From the human T2T-CHM13v2.0 reference genome, Homo sapiens: 64,000 nucleotides of DNA. A model generated the notes under the pieces. The model made no database searches. It was not told where the DNA came from and saw only the letters and a list, made by a program, of their open reading frames with translations. Position numbers and translations under genes: made by a program. The stretch lies in assembly GCF_009914755.1 (NCBI RefSeq), contig NC_060938.1. One strand, written 5' to 3'. This document shows positions 1 to 15,022 of the stretch, one piece after another (positions within the stretch are counted from its first letter, which is position 1; the number at the start of each line of letters is the position of its first letter).

Positions 1-124
1 ACATGCTATGTAAATTTGATCATCTGAAATGTGAATATTTTGTAATGGGGATTTAATCTATTTCAATTTTTCCTGTATTACCTTGATAAGAAATGTTAAA
101 AATTATTTTCCTAATTTTAAAAAA

Positions 125-1435
125 TTAATTTTTTAAAATTGACAATTAAAAATGTATATATTTATGATGTACATTGTGGCATTTTGAAATATGAATACAC
201 TGTGGAATGGCTAAATAGAGCTAATTAACATATGCATTACCTCATATAGCTACCGTTTTATTTTGTGTTGAGAATACTTAAAATCTGCTCTTTCAGTGAT
301 TTTCAAGAATAAAATTCATTGTTATTAACTGTAGTTACTATGTTGTACAATAGATCTCTGGAAATTATTCCTCCTATCTAATTGAAATTTTTTATTCTTT
401 GACCAACATCTCTTCACTCCTTTCTTTCCCAAAGCCCATGGTAACAACAGTTCTATTCTTTACTTCTATAAACTTGACATTTTTAGATTCCACATGTAAG
501 TGAAATCATGCAGTATTTGTCTTTCTGGGCCTGGTTTATTTCACTTTATACAATATCCTCCAGGTTCATCCATGTTGTTGAAAATGGCAGGAGACCCTTC
601 TTTTTTTAACACTAAATAGTATCCCACGGGGTGTATATATCACGTTTTCTTTATCCATTCATTACCTAACAGACATTTAGGTGATTCTTTATCTTGGCTC
701 TTGGGAATAAAGCTGCAATGAAAGCAAAAAAAGCAGATATCTCTTCAACATATCGATTTCATTTTCTTTGGTTACATACCTAGTAGGAGGATTGATTGAT
801 ATAATATGGTAGCTTTATTTTTAATTTTTTGAGGAATCTCCATACTATTTTCCACAATGGCTGTAATAATTTACAAGTAATTTCCATCAGTGTTCCTTTG
901 GTGGGACACTGTGTCTTTTCTCCACATCTTGTCAACATTTATTTTTCATCTTTTTAATAATGGCCATTCTAACAGGTATGAGGTGATATCTCACTGTGGT
1001 TTTAATTTCCCTAATTATTAATGATATTGAGAATATTTTCATATACCTATTGGCCACTTGTATGTCTTCTTTTGAGTAATGTCTATGCAGATCCTTTTCC
1101 CATTTTAAAATGGGGTTATTTGTTTTGTTATTATTGGGTTGTTTGAGTTCATTATATATTTTGGACATTAACCCCTTTTCAGATTGTGGTTTGTAAATAT
1201 TTTCTCCCATCCCATATGTTGTCTTTTTAATTTACTAATTGTTTATTTTGTTGTGAAGAAGGTTTTTAGTTTGATGTAGTTTAACTTGCCTATTTTCATT
1301 TTTATTGCCTGTGGTTTTAGAGTAATATTAAAAATATCATTGTCTAGACATTGTCATGGAGCTTTTTCTTTATGTTTTCTATTAGTAGTTTTATAGTTTC
1401 AAGTCTTGAAAGCAAGCCTTTAATCCATTTTAAAT
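125..1435 (-). mobile_element. L1 (L1MA-type) 3' part; resumes at ~5757-6085
   Basis: ORF 932-1210 is L1 ORF2 C-terminus-like ([24 protein letters not shown]). Sequence breaks at 'taatccatttt' and continues as 'ttgagttgatt' at ~5760. Confidence 0.85.
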
Positions 1436-2042
1436 AGGTTTTTTATTGGCACATAATAATTTTACATGTTTATGTGGTATATTTGATATTTTGATACCAT
1501 TACACATGCAATGTGTAATGGTCAAATCAGGATATAATATTTAGGGTATCCATTACCTCAAACATTTATCATTAGTTTATATTGGGGACATTTAAAATCT
1601 TCTATTCTAGCTATTTTGAAATATATAATAAATTATTATAAATTATATTTACTCTACTTTGCTATTGAACACTAGAACTGTTATATGATCCAATAATCTC
1701 ACTACTGAGTATTTATTCAAAGGAAAGACAATCAGTACATGAAAGGGATACCTGCACCTCCATATTTATTGCAGCACTAGTCACAATAGCCAAGATATGG
1801 AATCAACCTAAGTTTCCATCAACTGATAAATGGATAAAGAAAATTGGATAAATATTCACAGTGGATATTCCCACATATGAATTAGAACATATGATAATTG
1901 TCTCTCTGTGTCTGGCTTGTTTTAATAATAATAATATTTAATAATAATAATTTAAAAATAATAACCTTTGGTTACATCCATATTGCTGAAAATGATAGGA
2001 TTTCATTCTTTTTTATATCTGAATAGTATTCTATTCTCTCTC

Positions 2043-2090
2043 TATATATATATATATTCTATGTACATATACATATATAGAGAGTGAGAG

Positions 2091-2129
<39 letters not shown>
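2043..2129. repeat. (TA)n microsatellite, interrupted
   Basis: Directly visible. Confidence 0.95.
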
Positions 2130-2131
<2 letters not shown>

Positions 2132-3592
2132 AGATTTTATTTATCCATTCATTCATGCATTTGATACATGCATACAGTATATAATGATCAAATCAAGATA
2201 TTTAGGATATCCATCACTTCAAACATTCATAATTAGTTTATGTTAGGAATATTTCAAATCTTCTCTTCTAGCGATATTGAAATATACAATAAATTATTGT
2301 AAGTTATAGTTAACCCTATTTTGCTATTGAACACTAGAACTTATTCTAACTGTATGTTTGTACATATTAAACAACTTCTCCTTATCTTTCCCATTCCCAC
2401 CACCCTTCCCAGCTTCTGGTAACTGTCATTCTACTCTCTACCTCCATGAGATCAACTTTTTATGGATACCACATATGAATGACAAAATGCAATAATTGTA
2501 TTTCTCTGCCTGGCTTATTTCACTCAGCATGTTAACCTCCAGTTTCATCCATGTTGCTGAAAATGACAGAATTTCAGTCTTTTTTATATCTGAATAATAT
2601 TCCGTTATGTATATATACCACGTTTTCTTTATCTAATTGATGGACTCTTGATTGTGTATCTTAGCTATTGTGAATAATATGCTGCATTAAACATGGGGTG
2701 CAGGTATCACTTTGATATACTGATTATCTTTCCTTTGGATAAATACTCAGTAATGGGATTACTGCATCATATAATAGATCTATTTCTAGTTTTATGAGAA
2801 ATTTCCATGCTATATTGTTATTTTTATCTTTTTGATAATAGCCATTTTAATTGGAATGAGATGATATCTCATTGTGGTTTTGATTTGCATTTCCCTGATA
2901 ATGTGTGATGTTGAGCATCTGTTTTTCATATACTTACTGATCTGTATGTCTTTTGTTTAGAAGTGTCTTTGCCCATTTAATGGGATTATTAAAATTATTA
3001 TTATTGCTCTTGAGTTGTTTGAACTCCTTGTATATTCTGGGTTTTAGTCCCTTGTTAGGGACTAAATCATCTGCCATTTTTTTTCTCCATTTCTACAGAT
3101 TGTCTCTTCACTATGTTGTTTCTTTTGTTATGCAGAAGCTTTTTAATTTAATATACTCTCATTTGTCTACTTTTGTTTTTGTTGCCTTTGCTTTTGAAAT
3201 GTCAGCCAATTTTTTTTGTCTAGACCAATATTCTGAAGCATTTCCTCTATATTTGTTTCTAGTAGTTTTATAGTTTCAAGTCCTACTTCTAAGGTTTAAA
3301 TCCATTTTGAGATGGTTTTTATATATGGTAAGAGATAGGGATCTAATTTTATTCTTATGCATATGAGAGTATGGTTTTCCCAGCAACATTTATTGAAGAG
3401 AATGTTCTTTCCCCAATGTAAGTGTTTTGCACCTTTGTCAAAAATTAGTTAGCTATAAATATGCGGATTTATATTTGGCTTATCTATTCTTTTCCTTTGC
3501 TCTGCATGTCTGTTTTTATACCAATACCATGCTGCTTTGGTTATGATACCTTTGTAGTATATTTTGAAATCAGATAGTGTGATAATTTCAGC

Positions 3593-3619
3593 GTTGTTGT
3601 TGTTGTTGTTGTTGTTGTT
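3593..3619. repeat. (GTT)9 microsatellite
   Basis: Directly visible. Confidence 0.95.
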
Positions 3620-6605
3620 TTGGCTCAGTATCGCTTTGGCTATTCAGAGTCTTTTATGGCTCTATAGAAATGTTGAGATTACTTTTCTATTTCTGTGAAG
3701 AATATCATTGGTATTTTGGTAAAGATTGCATTGATCTTTAGGTTGCTTTAGCTAGTATGGTCATTTAGAAATATTAATTCTTCTGATCCATGCACATAGG
3801 ATGTCTTTTTATTTGTTTCTACCCTCTTCAGTTTCTATCATGAGTGTTTTGTCGTTTTAATTATGGACATTTTTTTACCTCTTTAGAAAACTTATTGCTA
3901 GGAATTTTATTGTTTTTGTAGCCAATGCAAATAGTATTGCTTTCTTAATTTTTTTTTTAGCTAATTCGTTTTTGATTTATAAAAACACCACAAATTTTCC
4001 ATCATGCTTTTTATCCTACAACTTTGCTGAATTTGTTTATCAGTTCTAAACGTTTTGTGTGTGTTTGTGTGTGTTTGTGTGTGTGTGGATTCCTGAGGTG
4101 TTTCTATATATAAGATCATGTCATCTGCAAAAAGGCATAATTTGACTTCCTCTTTTCCAATTTCAGTGCCTTCTATTTCTTTATCTTGCCTGATTGCTCT
4201 GGTAAGGACTTCCAGTTCTACGTTGAATAAGAGTGGCAAAAGTGGGCATCTTTGTCTTGTTCCAGTTCTTAAAGTCTTTCAGCTTTTCCACATTCAGTAT
4301 CATGTTATTTGTAGGTTTGTCACATATGACCTTTATTATGTTGAAGTATGTTCCTTCTATGCTTAATTTGTTGGAAGTTTTTAATATGAAGAGATGTTGA
4401 ATTTTATCAAACACTTCTGCATCTATTAAAATATTTTTGTTTTTGTCCTTCATTCTGTTGATATCACATTTGTTGATTTTCATATGTTGAACTTTCCTTA
4501 CTTCCTTGGGATAAATTCTACTTGATCATGGTTTATTATCTTTTTCATGAGTTTTTGGAAGCAGTTTGCTAATATTTTTTGAGGATTTTTGCATCTACGT
4601 TCATCAGGGATATTGGCCTGTAGTTTTAATTTCTAATTTTGTTTTTGTCTGGCTTTGGTATCAGGATAATGCTGGTTTCATAGAATGAGCCAGGAATAAT
4701 TCCCTCTTCTTCAATATTTTGAAGTAGTTTGAGTAGTTCTCCTAAGTTTGGTAGCTTCAGCAGTAAAGCCATCCAGTGATGGGCTTTTCTTTGTTGGGAG
4801 CCTATTTATTACTGATTCATTCTCATTACTCATTATTGGTGTGTTCATATTTTTTATTCCTTCCTGATTCAGTCTTGATAAGTTGTATATGTCCAGAAAT
4901 TTACTCATTTCTTCTACTTTTTAATGTATCTTTGATCATAATAGTCTCTATAGTAATCCTTTGTGTTATATTTCTGTGGTATCAATTGTAACATCTCTTT
5001 TTTCATTTCTGATTTTATTTATTTGGGTCTTTTTTGTTGGTTAGTCTACCTCACGATTTATTGATTTTGCTTATCTTTTCAAACAATGAACTTTTTGTTT
5101 CATTGATCTTCTGTATTGATATTAGTCTCTGTTTTGTTTAGTTTTGCCCTGATGTTTATTCTTTCTTTCTTTTTTTTCTAATAATTTGGGATTTGGTTTG
5201 TTCTTACATTCCTAGTTCCTTGAGCTGCATTGTTAGGTTGATAACTTGAAATATTTCTACATTTTTGATATAGGTGTTCATTGCTATAAACTTTCCTCTT
5301 AGCATTGTTTTTGCTGTGCACCATAGGTATTGATATGCTGTGTTTTCATTTTTTGTTTATTTCAAGGAACTTCTTGATTTATTTCTTAATTTCTTCATTG
5401 ACCCAACTGTCATTCAATAGCAAATTGTTTAACTTCTGTGTCTTTGTACAGTTTCCAAATATCCGCTTGTCATTGATTCCTGGTTTTATTCCATTTGTGG
5501 TCAGAAAATGCTTGATATCATTTTAATATTTAAGATTTTTGAGGCTTGTTTTTGGCCTAATATATATTTTATCCTAAAGAATATTTTATGTGCTGATTAA
5601 AATAACATATATTCTGTAGCTGTTTATTGAAATGTCCTGTATGTGTCTGTGGTTCATTTGGTCTATAGGACAAATAAATTAGGTTTGATAGTTCTTTGTT
5701 GATATTCTGCCTCAAAGATAAGTCCAATGCAGAAAATGGAGTGCTGAGATTCCCAAATATTTTGAGTTGATTCTTGTATATGGTGTGAGAGAAAGATCTA
5801 ATTTCATTCTGCATGCGGATATCCATTTTTTTCAGCACCATTTATTGAATACTGTCCTTTCCCCATTGTGTGGCCTTCACAGTTTTGTTGAATATCAATT
5901 GACCATAAATGTGCAGATTTATTTGTGGAGTATGAATTATGCTACATTGGTTTATGTGTCTGTTTTTATGCCAGTACCATGTTGTTTTGATTATTATAGC
6001 TTTGTAGTAAATTTTGAAGTCAGATAGTGTGTTATCTCCAGATTTGTTCTTTTTGCTCAACATTGCTTTGACTATTCTATTTCCCTGATTTTTAACACAT
6101 TTTTGACCAAATAAAAGTACTTCTGTGAATTGCAATGATAATACATATGTATGCACTCACATATATAATTTATGAAGTATTTCTATATTAGTTATAATTT
6201 TATCCACAGGATTTTAAAATGTAGTCAAATAAAAAGAGCATTGCACAGAAAGTTGAAAATATGGGTACATTTTTCTACTATTTTAAGTGTCCTTGGACTG
6301 TATTTCATGTACCTAAGTCTCATTAATTTGCTAAATGCCAGTCATAATTCTAAGATAATTATAATAATTTCTGAATATTGGAGGACCAGAGGGACATTTT
6401 CTTTTATTCCATTTGTGCCCCATAAATTTAAGAGCCTTTCTCTTTGGTTCTGAACCCTGTTCACCCAAGCTCAGATGGTTTAGTTGGTGAACTGAGGATT
6501 GAGAAGATTAAAATATTTGGCTTCAATTAACAATATTACCATAAATATGCATAAATGCATCAAAAACTAATTGTTCCTGTGTGTAAACTCCAAACCATTT
6601 CACAG

Positions 6606-6721
6606 AACAGATGGTTATTGAGATTGACTCACAAAATGCATATCTTTTAATTTATGAATGATGTATTGTTCTATCACAGTGTTGGGGGATAAACTATAAC
6701 TTAAGAACATCCCACATATTT
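6606..6721 (+). pseudogene. Candidate ghost exon, REM (RasGEF_N)-like
   Basis: Acceptor catttcacag; translates (E)QMVIEIDSQNAYLLIYE*CIVLS, resembling REM 'EKLV...D..F..TFLLTYRSFI'. Donor is weak. Confidence 0.3.
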
Positions 6722-6999
6722 GTATTTTTAAAGGGTTAAAATATTAGCAGACTGTTTTCATATTTATATTAAAAATTATATCTTTGACTATATTATTTAT
6801 TATCTTTATCTTATTATCCACCCACCCACAGGTTGTTGCTTAGCCTTGTGGAAAATAAAAGGAGCAAACTTATTTTCACATAATGTTTACTTTCTCATGA
6901 GGTTTTTCATATTTTTTGCTCACACTTCCTTAATATGATGTAATTCTACTCTTCCTACATTAAATTTAAAAAAATTCTGATTTTTACTTTTTCTCTTCA

Positions 7000-9900
7000 T
7001 AAATTGCCTTTTCTTGAAATATCTCGCATGTTTTGCTACCTTATATGTGATTATTATTTTTAACCTTATATTTCAAAATGATTTTACATGGACAAATAAT
7101 GTTGCAAAGGTAATAATAATACATAAAACCCCAGTATATCTTTTACGCAGACTCATCATTTTTAAACATTTGGCATATTTGATTCATCACTATGTCTTAA
7201 AACATTAATAGTTCTGTGTATATTTTTCTAATGTTATTTATCTGTATATTTGTTAAATTATTGTATAATTATAAAGTTCAAGAAATTAAATATTGAAATA
7301 ATACTTTAATCTATAATCCATACCCCAAAGCAGTTAGCAGTAGCAATATTGCCCTTTTATAATATTATTTTCCCCTACCCTGCAGGACCTTCTTTATGAT
7401 CACATGCTACTTTAGCTGTCGTGTTCCTTTAGTCTCCTTTAACTTGGTATTTTCAGTCTTTCCATAACATTTGTGAGGAAGACAAGTCAGTTTTTAAAAT
7501 AAAATATTTCTTACTTTGGGTTTATCTTTGTTTTCTCATAAAAATGCCCCTTAGAGATAGAATCAATTGATGATTCCTGCTCAGATCAATTTTTATTATA
7601 ACAATTGGAAAATGGGGATTTTTCCAATTCCATTGCTTATACTAAAGAGACGATGAAATGCTCCAGAAAGTCAAATAAAGGATAATTTGTACATCAAAAT
7701 AAATCAGAAAATAATAGAATATAATCCATTAAACAAAACAGTAAATATTCCTTTATTTACACAAGAATATCCTGTTATTCCAATATCATGTATTGAAAAA
7801 AAATAAATAACACAACTATCATTTCTCCAGTGAATTACCTGACACCTTTGGAAAATGTTGATTGGCCTTATGTGGATTTCTTCTTTGAATCTATGTTGTC
7901 TCTTTGATATAAGGATATACGCGTATTCTTATACCAATACCATATTATGTTGAGTACTGCAGATTTCTAGGCAGTCTTTGAATCCAGGTGTAGATCCTCC
8001 AGCATTATTATATTTTTTTCAAAATTATTTTGAATATATTGTATCTTTTGTATTTTCATTAAACTTTTTGAGTCAATTTGTCAACTTATGCAAAAAGGCT
8101 GCAGAAATTAGATTGGCATTATATGGGAACTATAGATATATTTGAGGAAAATTGACATCTTGATATCTTAACATTTACTGATTCTTCCAATTCATGGACA
8201 TATGCATCTCTCCATTTAACTGGGTCTTCTTTAAGTTCTAGCAGTTTTTATTTTTTAATATATAGGTCTTATACGTTTTGTTAATATGTAACTGCCTCAT
8301 TTTTATGTTGTTATGAATGGAATATTTGCATTAATTTTTTAGGAAGGTTTTTGTTATTGTATAGAAATGCAACTCAGAAAATACAATTGTGTTTATTGAT
8401 CTTGTAGCCTACATTTTCCTTGATTTGATATAGAGATATCCAGATTTCTTAATTTCTTCTTGAATTGATTTTGGTAATATATGTGTGATTTCAACCTTTT
8501 AAATTTATTGACACTTGTTTTGGCTTGGCTTATCTTCTATGTCAATGAATTTTCCATGAGTGTTTGCAAGTTATATATATTTTTCTGCTGTTGAGTAAAG
8601 TGTTATATAACTGTCTATTATGTCTTGCAGGTTGATATTGTTTTCAGGTCTTCCATATTCTTACCGATTTTCTATCCACTTTTTCTATGAATTATTAAGA
8701 AAACAATATTAAAATTTTAAACTACAATCGATCATTTCTCTGTTTTTTCTTTTGCTTTTGCTGCCAGATTTTTGAAGCTCTCTTGTTAAGCATATTTGTA
8801 ATTGTTATATCTTCCTGCTGTATTGACCCTTGTGTAGTCATGAAAAGGTCCATCTTTATTTCTACTTTGTCTTATTTTAAAGTCTATATTTTCTTATTTA
8901 AATATAGTTTACTCATGTCTCCTTTGATTTGTGTTTGTATTCTGTTACAAAAGTAACAAGACTACTTGTAGCAGGGGATGAAAACCCCCTTAGTCTCTCT
9001 GATTTTAATATGCATGTCTTGTAGAAAGCATGTGGTTGGATGTTTCCTATAATCTAGTCTAACAATATTTGCCTTAAAATATGTAATTATTTATTATTTT
9101 TTCTTAATTTTTTATTTTCTGTTTGTCTTATTACTTCTTTGCTCCTGTATTTCTCCTTGACTGCTTTCTTTTGTGTTAAAATATCTTTATTAAACAATTT
9201 TCATTCCTCTATTGACTTTTTAGCTGTATTTACATAGTTTTTACTGGCTTCTCTTAAAAAGTAGCATGCATTTTAATCTATCACACTGTATTTCAAATAA
9301 ATACATAGTTACTTTTTTAAATGTAAAAACTTTGTACCAGTATAACCTGATTTCCTCTCCTTTTTTGTACTATTGTTGTGATATGTTTTACACATTTATT
9401 ATAATATAAATTCAAGAATATAGTTTTATAATATTTTCTTTGAATTTTTTTGACTTTAGAGAAATTAAAAGAAGAATGTACGTACACATTTACAATTATC
9501 TCCATATTTATTGTTTGCAGTGTCTTCATTCCTTCCTGTGAATCTAAGTTACCCTTGGTGCACTTTTCTTTAGTCTAAGGCACTTCCACTAGCGTTTCTC
9601 ATGGTACAAGTCTGGTGGCAACAAATTTAGTTTTTATTCATATAAAAATGTAGAAATATCTTTATACACTTTAATTTTTGAAGGATAGTTTTACTAGATA
9701 TAAAAACCTTCCTTAACAATTTTTTTTCTTTCAAAGGCTTTCATATCCCATTCTTCTGGCCTCTGGTATTTCTGATGTAATATGTCATTAAAAATTTTCT
9801 TTCCCTGTAAGTGTGTATTAATTTTCTCTTGCTCTTGTTAATCTTATAACTTTAGTTTCTATAGCAGTTGTATTATGACAGATCTATATGTGATTTCCTT

Positions 9901-12900
9901 TGCATTTTTCTGTGTGGAATTTGTTACTCTTGGATCTGAAAGTTATTGCTTTACAGTAAATTTGGGATGTTTCTGGCCATTGTTTCTTCAAGTATTTTTC
10001 CTGTGATTTGTCTTTCATTTTTCTTCTTCTGAAACTCCACTTGCATTTAATATGAAATTCTTGATATTATGCCACATATCTTTGAGATTCTTTTATTTTT
10101 CTTCAGTATAATTTTGCTGTTTTTGAGATTAGACAGTTTCTACTGGTCTGCCTTCTAGTTCAATGATTCTTTCTCCAACATCTCAAAACTAATGTCAGTC
10201 CTATCTAGATAATGCTTTTCTTTTTAGTCATTGTGCTTTGTTTTTTTTTTTAACCAACTCTAAAATTTCCATTTGATTATTTCATGGTTCTTATTTCTCT
10301 TACGAGATTTCCTATTTGTTCACGGATTTTTAGCACACAATACTACAATTCTTTGTTTTTCTTTAATTTTTCAACATATGTATAATAGCTGCTTTGAAGT
10401 CATTGCTATATCTAATGTCTGGGCATACTCAGACATTCAGATTCCTTCCTATTGGCCCTTTTTCCGCCTCTGTTATTGGTGATCATTTTCTCTCATTACA
10501 CATCTAGTAATAATTTGTGAAAAACTATATATTTTAAATAATATAATGTAGCAACTCCTGATTCTATTTTGTTTTTTTTGAGAGTTTCTGTATTTTTATT
10601 TGTTTGTTTAATTAAGTAACTTTTCTGGACACACAATGCGAAATCTGTTTTTCTGTTGTATGCTGTCTCTATGTTTTCATTTACTGTTGAGATCTCCAAT
10701 GTTGAGGGCATATTTTAAGGCCAAGGTTTTAAATGTAGCTATGCTCAGATACTTTAAACAATTAAGGTTTCCACCCTCTGCTTTCTGAATTGTGTGTGTG
10801 GTTTGAGGAACACATTCAAAGAGAGAAAATTCTTAAGTTGCCTGAGGCTTTCAATTTTCACTGGGCTTCTAGGGAGTCCGGCAGACATATGCTATGTATT
10901 GTAAAATTCATCTGTGATCCTGGTGCTTTTTGCATTCCCAACATCAGTGTATAAGAATACCTGTTTTCTTACAGCCAAACTGACAGAGTACTTCGTTAAA
11001 TTTTAAATGTCGGCATGTTTATTAGATGAGAAATTATATTATAATATAGTTATTTTCATGTCCCTTACCATAAGTTTACATCATTCATATATTTAATCTT
11101 GGATATTTTTTAAAGTTTATATTTTTGTCCCATTCTTCATGATTTGTCTGAGACAAACTTACTGTATTATAATTTAAATGCAATAAAATTCACCATTTTT
11201 GCCATGCGACTTTATTTTTGTGATGATTTCTGACAATATATAGTCATGCAACCACCGCTATCAAGAAATAGAATATTTATATTACTCCAAAAAAGATCAT
11301 TTGTGAACCTTTTCAGTCAATACCCTCCTGCCATTTAAGTCTTTTTACATTTCTCTCAGTAAAGTGTTATAGTTTTCAATATATAGCTATTGAAAATCTG
11401 CGTCAGCTTTACTTCTAAATATTTCCTATGCTAACTGTGTAAATGGTATTGTTTGCATATTTCTGATTGTTCATTGATAGTATATAACAATACAGTTGAT
11501 TTTCACATTTAAACGTTTCATTCAATAATTTTGCTAAATAACTCATGAGTTCTGGTAGCTTTTTAATAGATTCAGTGAAATTTTCTGTATAGACAATTAT
11601 GTTATCTGTGAATACAAGCTTTATTTTTCTAAGCAAATGGCATGGTTTGTTATTATCATTATCATATTTGCCTTATTTTACAGGCTAGAACAAGGATTGG
11701 TAAACATTTCTGTAAAGAGACAGATATTAAATATTTTGGGGTTCGTGGGCCTTTACGGTCTTTGTCACAAACTCAAATCAGCTGTTATAGTGGGAAAGCG
11801 GCCATAAACAAAAGGAAAACAAGTGGGCATGGCTGGATTTGGCCAACAGGCTGTGGTTTTCAGGTGCCTTCCATCTTTTTATCTCTCTGTTTCATTTTGT
11901 AGGATTTTTATTGCTGTGTCTTCAAATTCTCTAATCTTTTCCTTTGTAATATCTAACCTTTCATTAATCCTATTCAGTGTATTTTTATCTCTGACATTTT
12001 GTTGTCATTGACAGATTTAATGGGTTGATCTTTTTTAACCTCATTTTAAGTTATATTTTCCTACTTTTTTGCATTCCTGGTCATTTGTTAAATTAGGTGA
12101 TGGACATCATGAATTTTATCTTATGTGAGGACTATTTTTCATTTTGGTATAAATATTCTTGAACCTTTTTTTTCTGGCACATAATTAAATTACTTGAAAA
12201 GAATTCGATCATGTGGGTCTTGCTTTTTAGTAGGCAGAATCAGGGCTGTGTTTAGGTTAGGGTTAATCTTTCCCCACTACTAATGCAAGATGAGATTTTT
12301 TTTTTTTAATCTAAGGCAGGTAAGGACAGTAATCTTGTTTAGCCTTGTATGAGCCGTATTCCGTTCCTTATAATCTTTTCAGGTGAACCTTCCCACAATC
12401 TGAATTTCCATACACAAATGCAATGGTCAATATTCAAGAGAATATTGACAGGGATCCTTTCAGATACATGATATTCACTCTATGTGCAGTTCTTTCTTCT
12501 CCAGTGTTCTGTCTTATAAAATTGCCCTATGAAGCTGTCTTGGCTTCCTCAAATTCCAGCTCCATCTCTTCAACCCACAGAGACCACTGTAATTCACCCA
12601 GTTTTCTCCTCCCTATACGACTCTTCAGAAAGCTTCTCCAGGACAATTGTAACCTGAGACAACTGTCGGGCTTACTTAGTTTCATTCCAGTCCCTCAGGG
12701 ACCATTGTCTTTCAATGTCTGATGCTCAATATCTTGAATGCTATTGTACCATATATTTTGTCACAATTGTTCAGGTAAATCTGATCTATCCTACTACATT
12801 TTGACTAGAAGCTGGAGTTTCTACATTTTTTATTTTTATATATCATAGATTTAACCTTTTGTATGTGATATATTTTGCAAACATTTTCCCCCAATTTTTA

Positions 12901-13220
12901 TTTATATTTGACTTTGCTTGAGGTGTTTTATCAATGTAAAACTATGTTCTTTTTAATTTATGTGTAGTGAAATTTATCAATATACTCATTTTGTATTCTG
13001 TATTTTGCTTTATATTGTCTATTTATAATAGATATTTTGTATTCTGTATTTGCTGTATAATATTAAACTATTATGTTACCTATACATTCAGGTAATAGAA
13101 GAATACTGCATGTTTTCTCTTAGAACTTGGGTATGTGAAACTTTATAGAATCTGATTTTATCCCTTTCCAAATGGCTATCCAGTAGTCCCAAAATCATTT
13201 ATAAAAATATGTTTGTCCCT
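7000..13220 (-). mobile_element. Mosaic of old L1M fragments
   Basis: T-rich L1-like sequence; ORF 11415-11636 has a degenerate RT motif (LVFTDNIIVY). Confidence 0.7.
11691..11870 (+). mobile_element. MER58A (hAT-Charlie)
   Basis: caaggattggtaaacatttctgtaaag...ggctggatttggcc pattern. Confidence 0.75.
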
Positions 13221-14451
13221 GTTATTTGAGATAATTATACTGTCCTCCCATTCATCCAATGTTTTAAAATTATACTAATTTTAATAGTAATTCAAACCTA
13301 ATGATCTGGAGATAATGTTTTTTATATAAAAGGTCAAGTAGAATCACAGAAGGTAGTTATTTTGGGCAAGAGCCCGGAGCCATTGGGTTTCTTAGGATGT
13401 TGGTGTTAATTATGTATTCAGCACTTATACATTGATTAACTAGATATGAGGCAAATTTCTCCAGTGTATGACTAATTTATTTCCTTTATCTCAGAATATG
13501 TAAATCCACATATTACAAAATAGATTGCTTTTTCATTAGTAGAGCACAGACTCATAAATATTAACTTTAAAAAATCTTCTATCTGTTGGGTTTTTTGTTT
13601 TGTTTGCAACATTTCATTTGACTCTTGTATTGTCTTATCGGAATCTAAGAAAGAAATAATGGATTTGCCTGTGTTATAGTACTCCCAGTTCCTGGGTAAT
13701 TCATACTTCCCCAAGAAGTTCTTTACACTTTTGAACAGTTAACTTTAGAGAGTTATGTCAATATTTTATATTTAACTGAAATCTACCTCATCTTATTATC
13801 AATTCATTTAAAAAAATTGAATCATTTTTCATACAATAACCTTTCTAAAGTTGAATGTTAATTATTGTGTGTCTCTTGAGCTTTCATTTCTCTAGGATAT
13901 TAAACCTGGAGAAAATGTTCCTAACCCTTTTATGTATCACATTCAAGCATATTTAGCCATCTTAACTCCTCTGTTCTCATCAGGTAAAACTTTGTCCCTT
14001 AAATTGTTGCCTAACATTGTACAGAATCCTCTAGGGGTTATCTAAATCCTACAGAATAGAACCAAATGCCTTCAGACCTACCAGATCTGGTTCTAACTTT
14101 TTTCTACCACAACGTGTATTCTAATTGGTGCCAAATAAATTATAATCTGATGGGTCCTTTATATCTTAAATCTTATAAATATAATTTCATTTCTGAATCC
14201 CATTTTGTATGCTTTATAAAAGTGCTATATTGTCCTTTTAATGAATGTATACTCATGTAAGTATGTATTAAGATGAGTGGCCATTTAAAAATATTCATAT
14301 CTTTTTATTTCTTGCAAAATACTCTATGTCACCTGCTCCCAAAAAAACGAAGTTTTGCTCAACAATATCTTGAGAGATTGTACATAACAAAGGTTCCATG
14401 ACAAAAAATAATTAGGAAATTCTGAGAAAGCTTTCCCTTAAGATGTCATAT

Positions 14452-14760
14452 GGCCAGGCACAGTGGCTCATGCCTGTAATCCCAGCGCTGTGGAAGGCCA
14501 AGGCAAGTGGATTGCTTGAGCCTGGGAGTTCAAGACCAGCCTGGGCAACATGGCAAAACCATATCGCTACAAAAAATATTTAAAAATTAGCCAGATGTGG
14601 TGGCACATGTCTGTAGTCCCAGCTACCCAGGAGGCTGAAGCGGGAGGACCACCTGAGCTCAGGAGGTCAAGGCTGCAGTGAGCCATGATCTTGCTACTCA
14701 GCCTGGGAAACAGAGTGAGAACCTACCTAAAAAAAAAATAAATAAATAAAAAATAAAAAA
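14452..14760 (+). mobile_element. AluJ
   Basis: Dimeric Alu with J diagnostics (gattgcttgagcc, gtcaaggctgcagtgagccatgat) and A-tail. Confidence 0.92.
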
Positions 14761-15022
14761 TTCATAATGTATATTAATACATTACAGGCTCTGAGAGGTG
14801 CAGCAGTAAAATAAGTACTAAATTTTACTTAGACAAGCATTTTAGACTCAGAGCTACTCATTAAATTGGAAAAAAGTAGTAGTATTATGTAGTTTATTTA
14901 ATGCTAACAATGTATAATGTGATGTGTCATGAATACTGGGGGTGAGATTTAATAACATCAGCTGAATGTCAAAATACCCTAAAATAACTATATGCAAATG
15001 GTAATTATTTCTATGCACCAAG

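Larger units (their letters stand above)
1436..5760 (-). mobile_element. Nested L1MA-type element with rearranged, duplicated 3' end
   Basis: Reverse-transcriptase motif [11 protein letters not shown] (ORF 3961-4239), other ORF2 fragments, and L1MA 3'UTR sequence. Confidence 0.9.

Noticed and set aside
932-6156. Several 65-106 aa ORFs
   Set aside because: Decayed L1 ORF2 fragments or their antisense frames, not genes.
6620-6665. SQNAYLLIYE* resembles the USP deubiquitinase His-box end
   Set aside because: No other USP motifs nearby; a REM-like reading fits the downstream RasGEF exons better, and chance remains possible.
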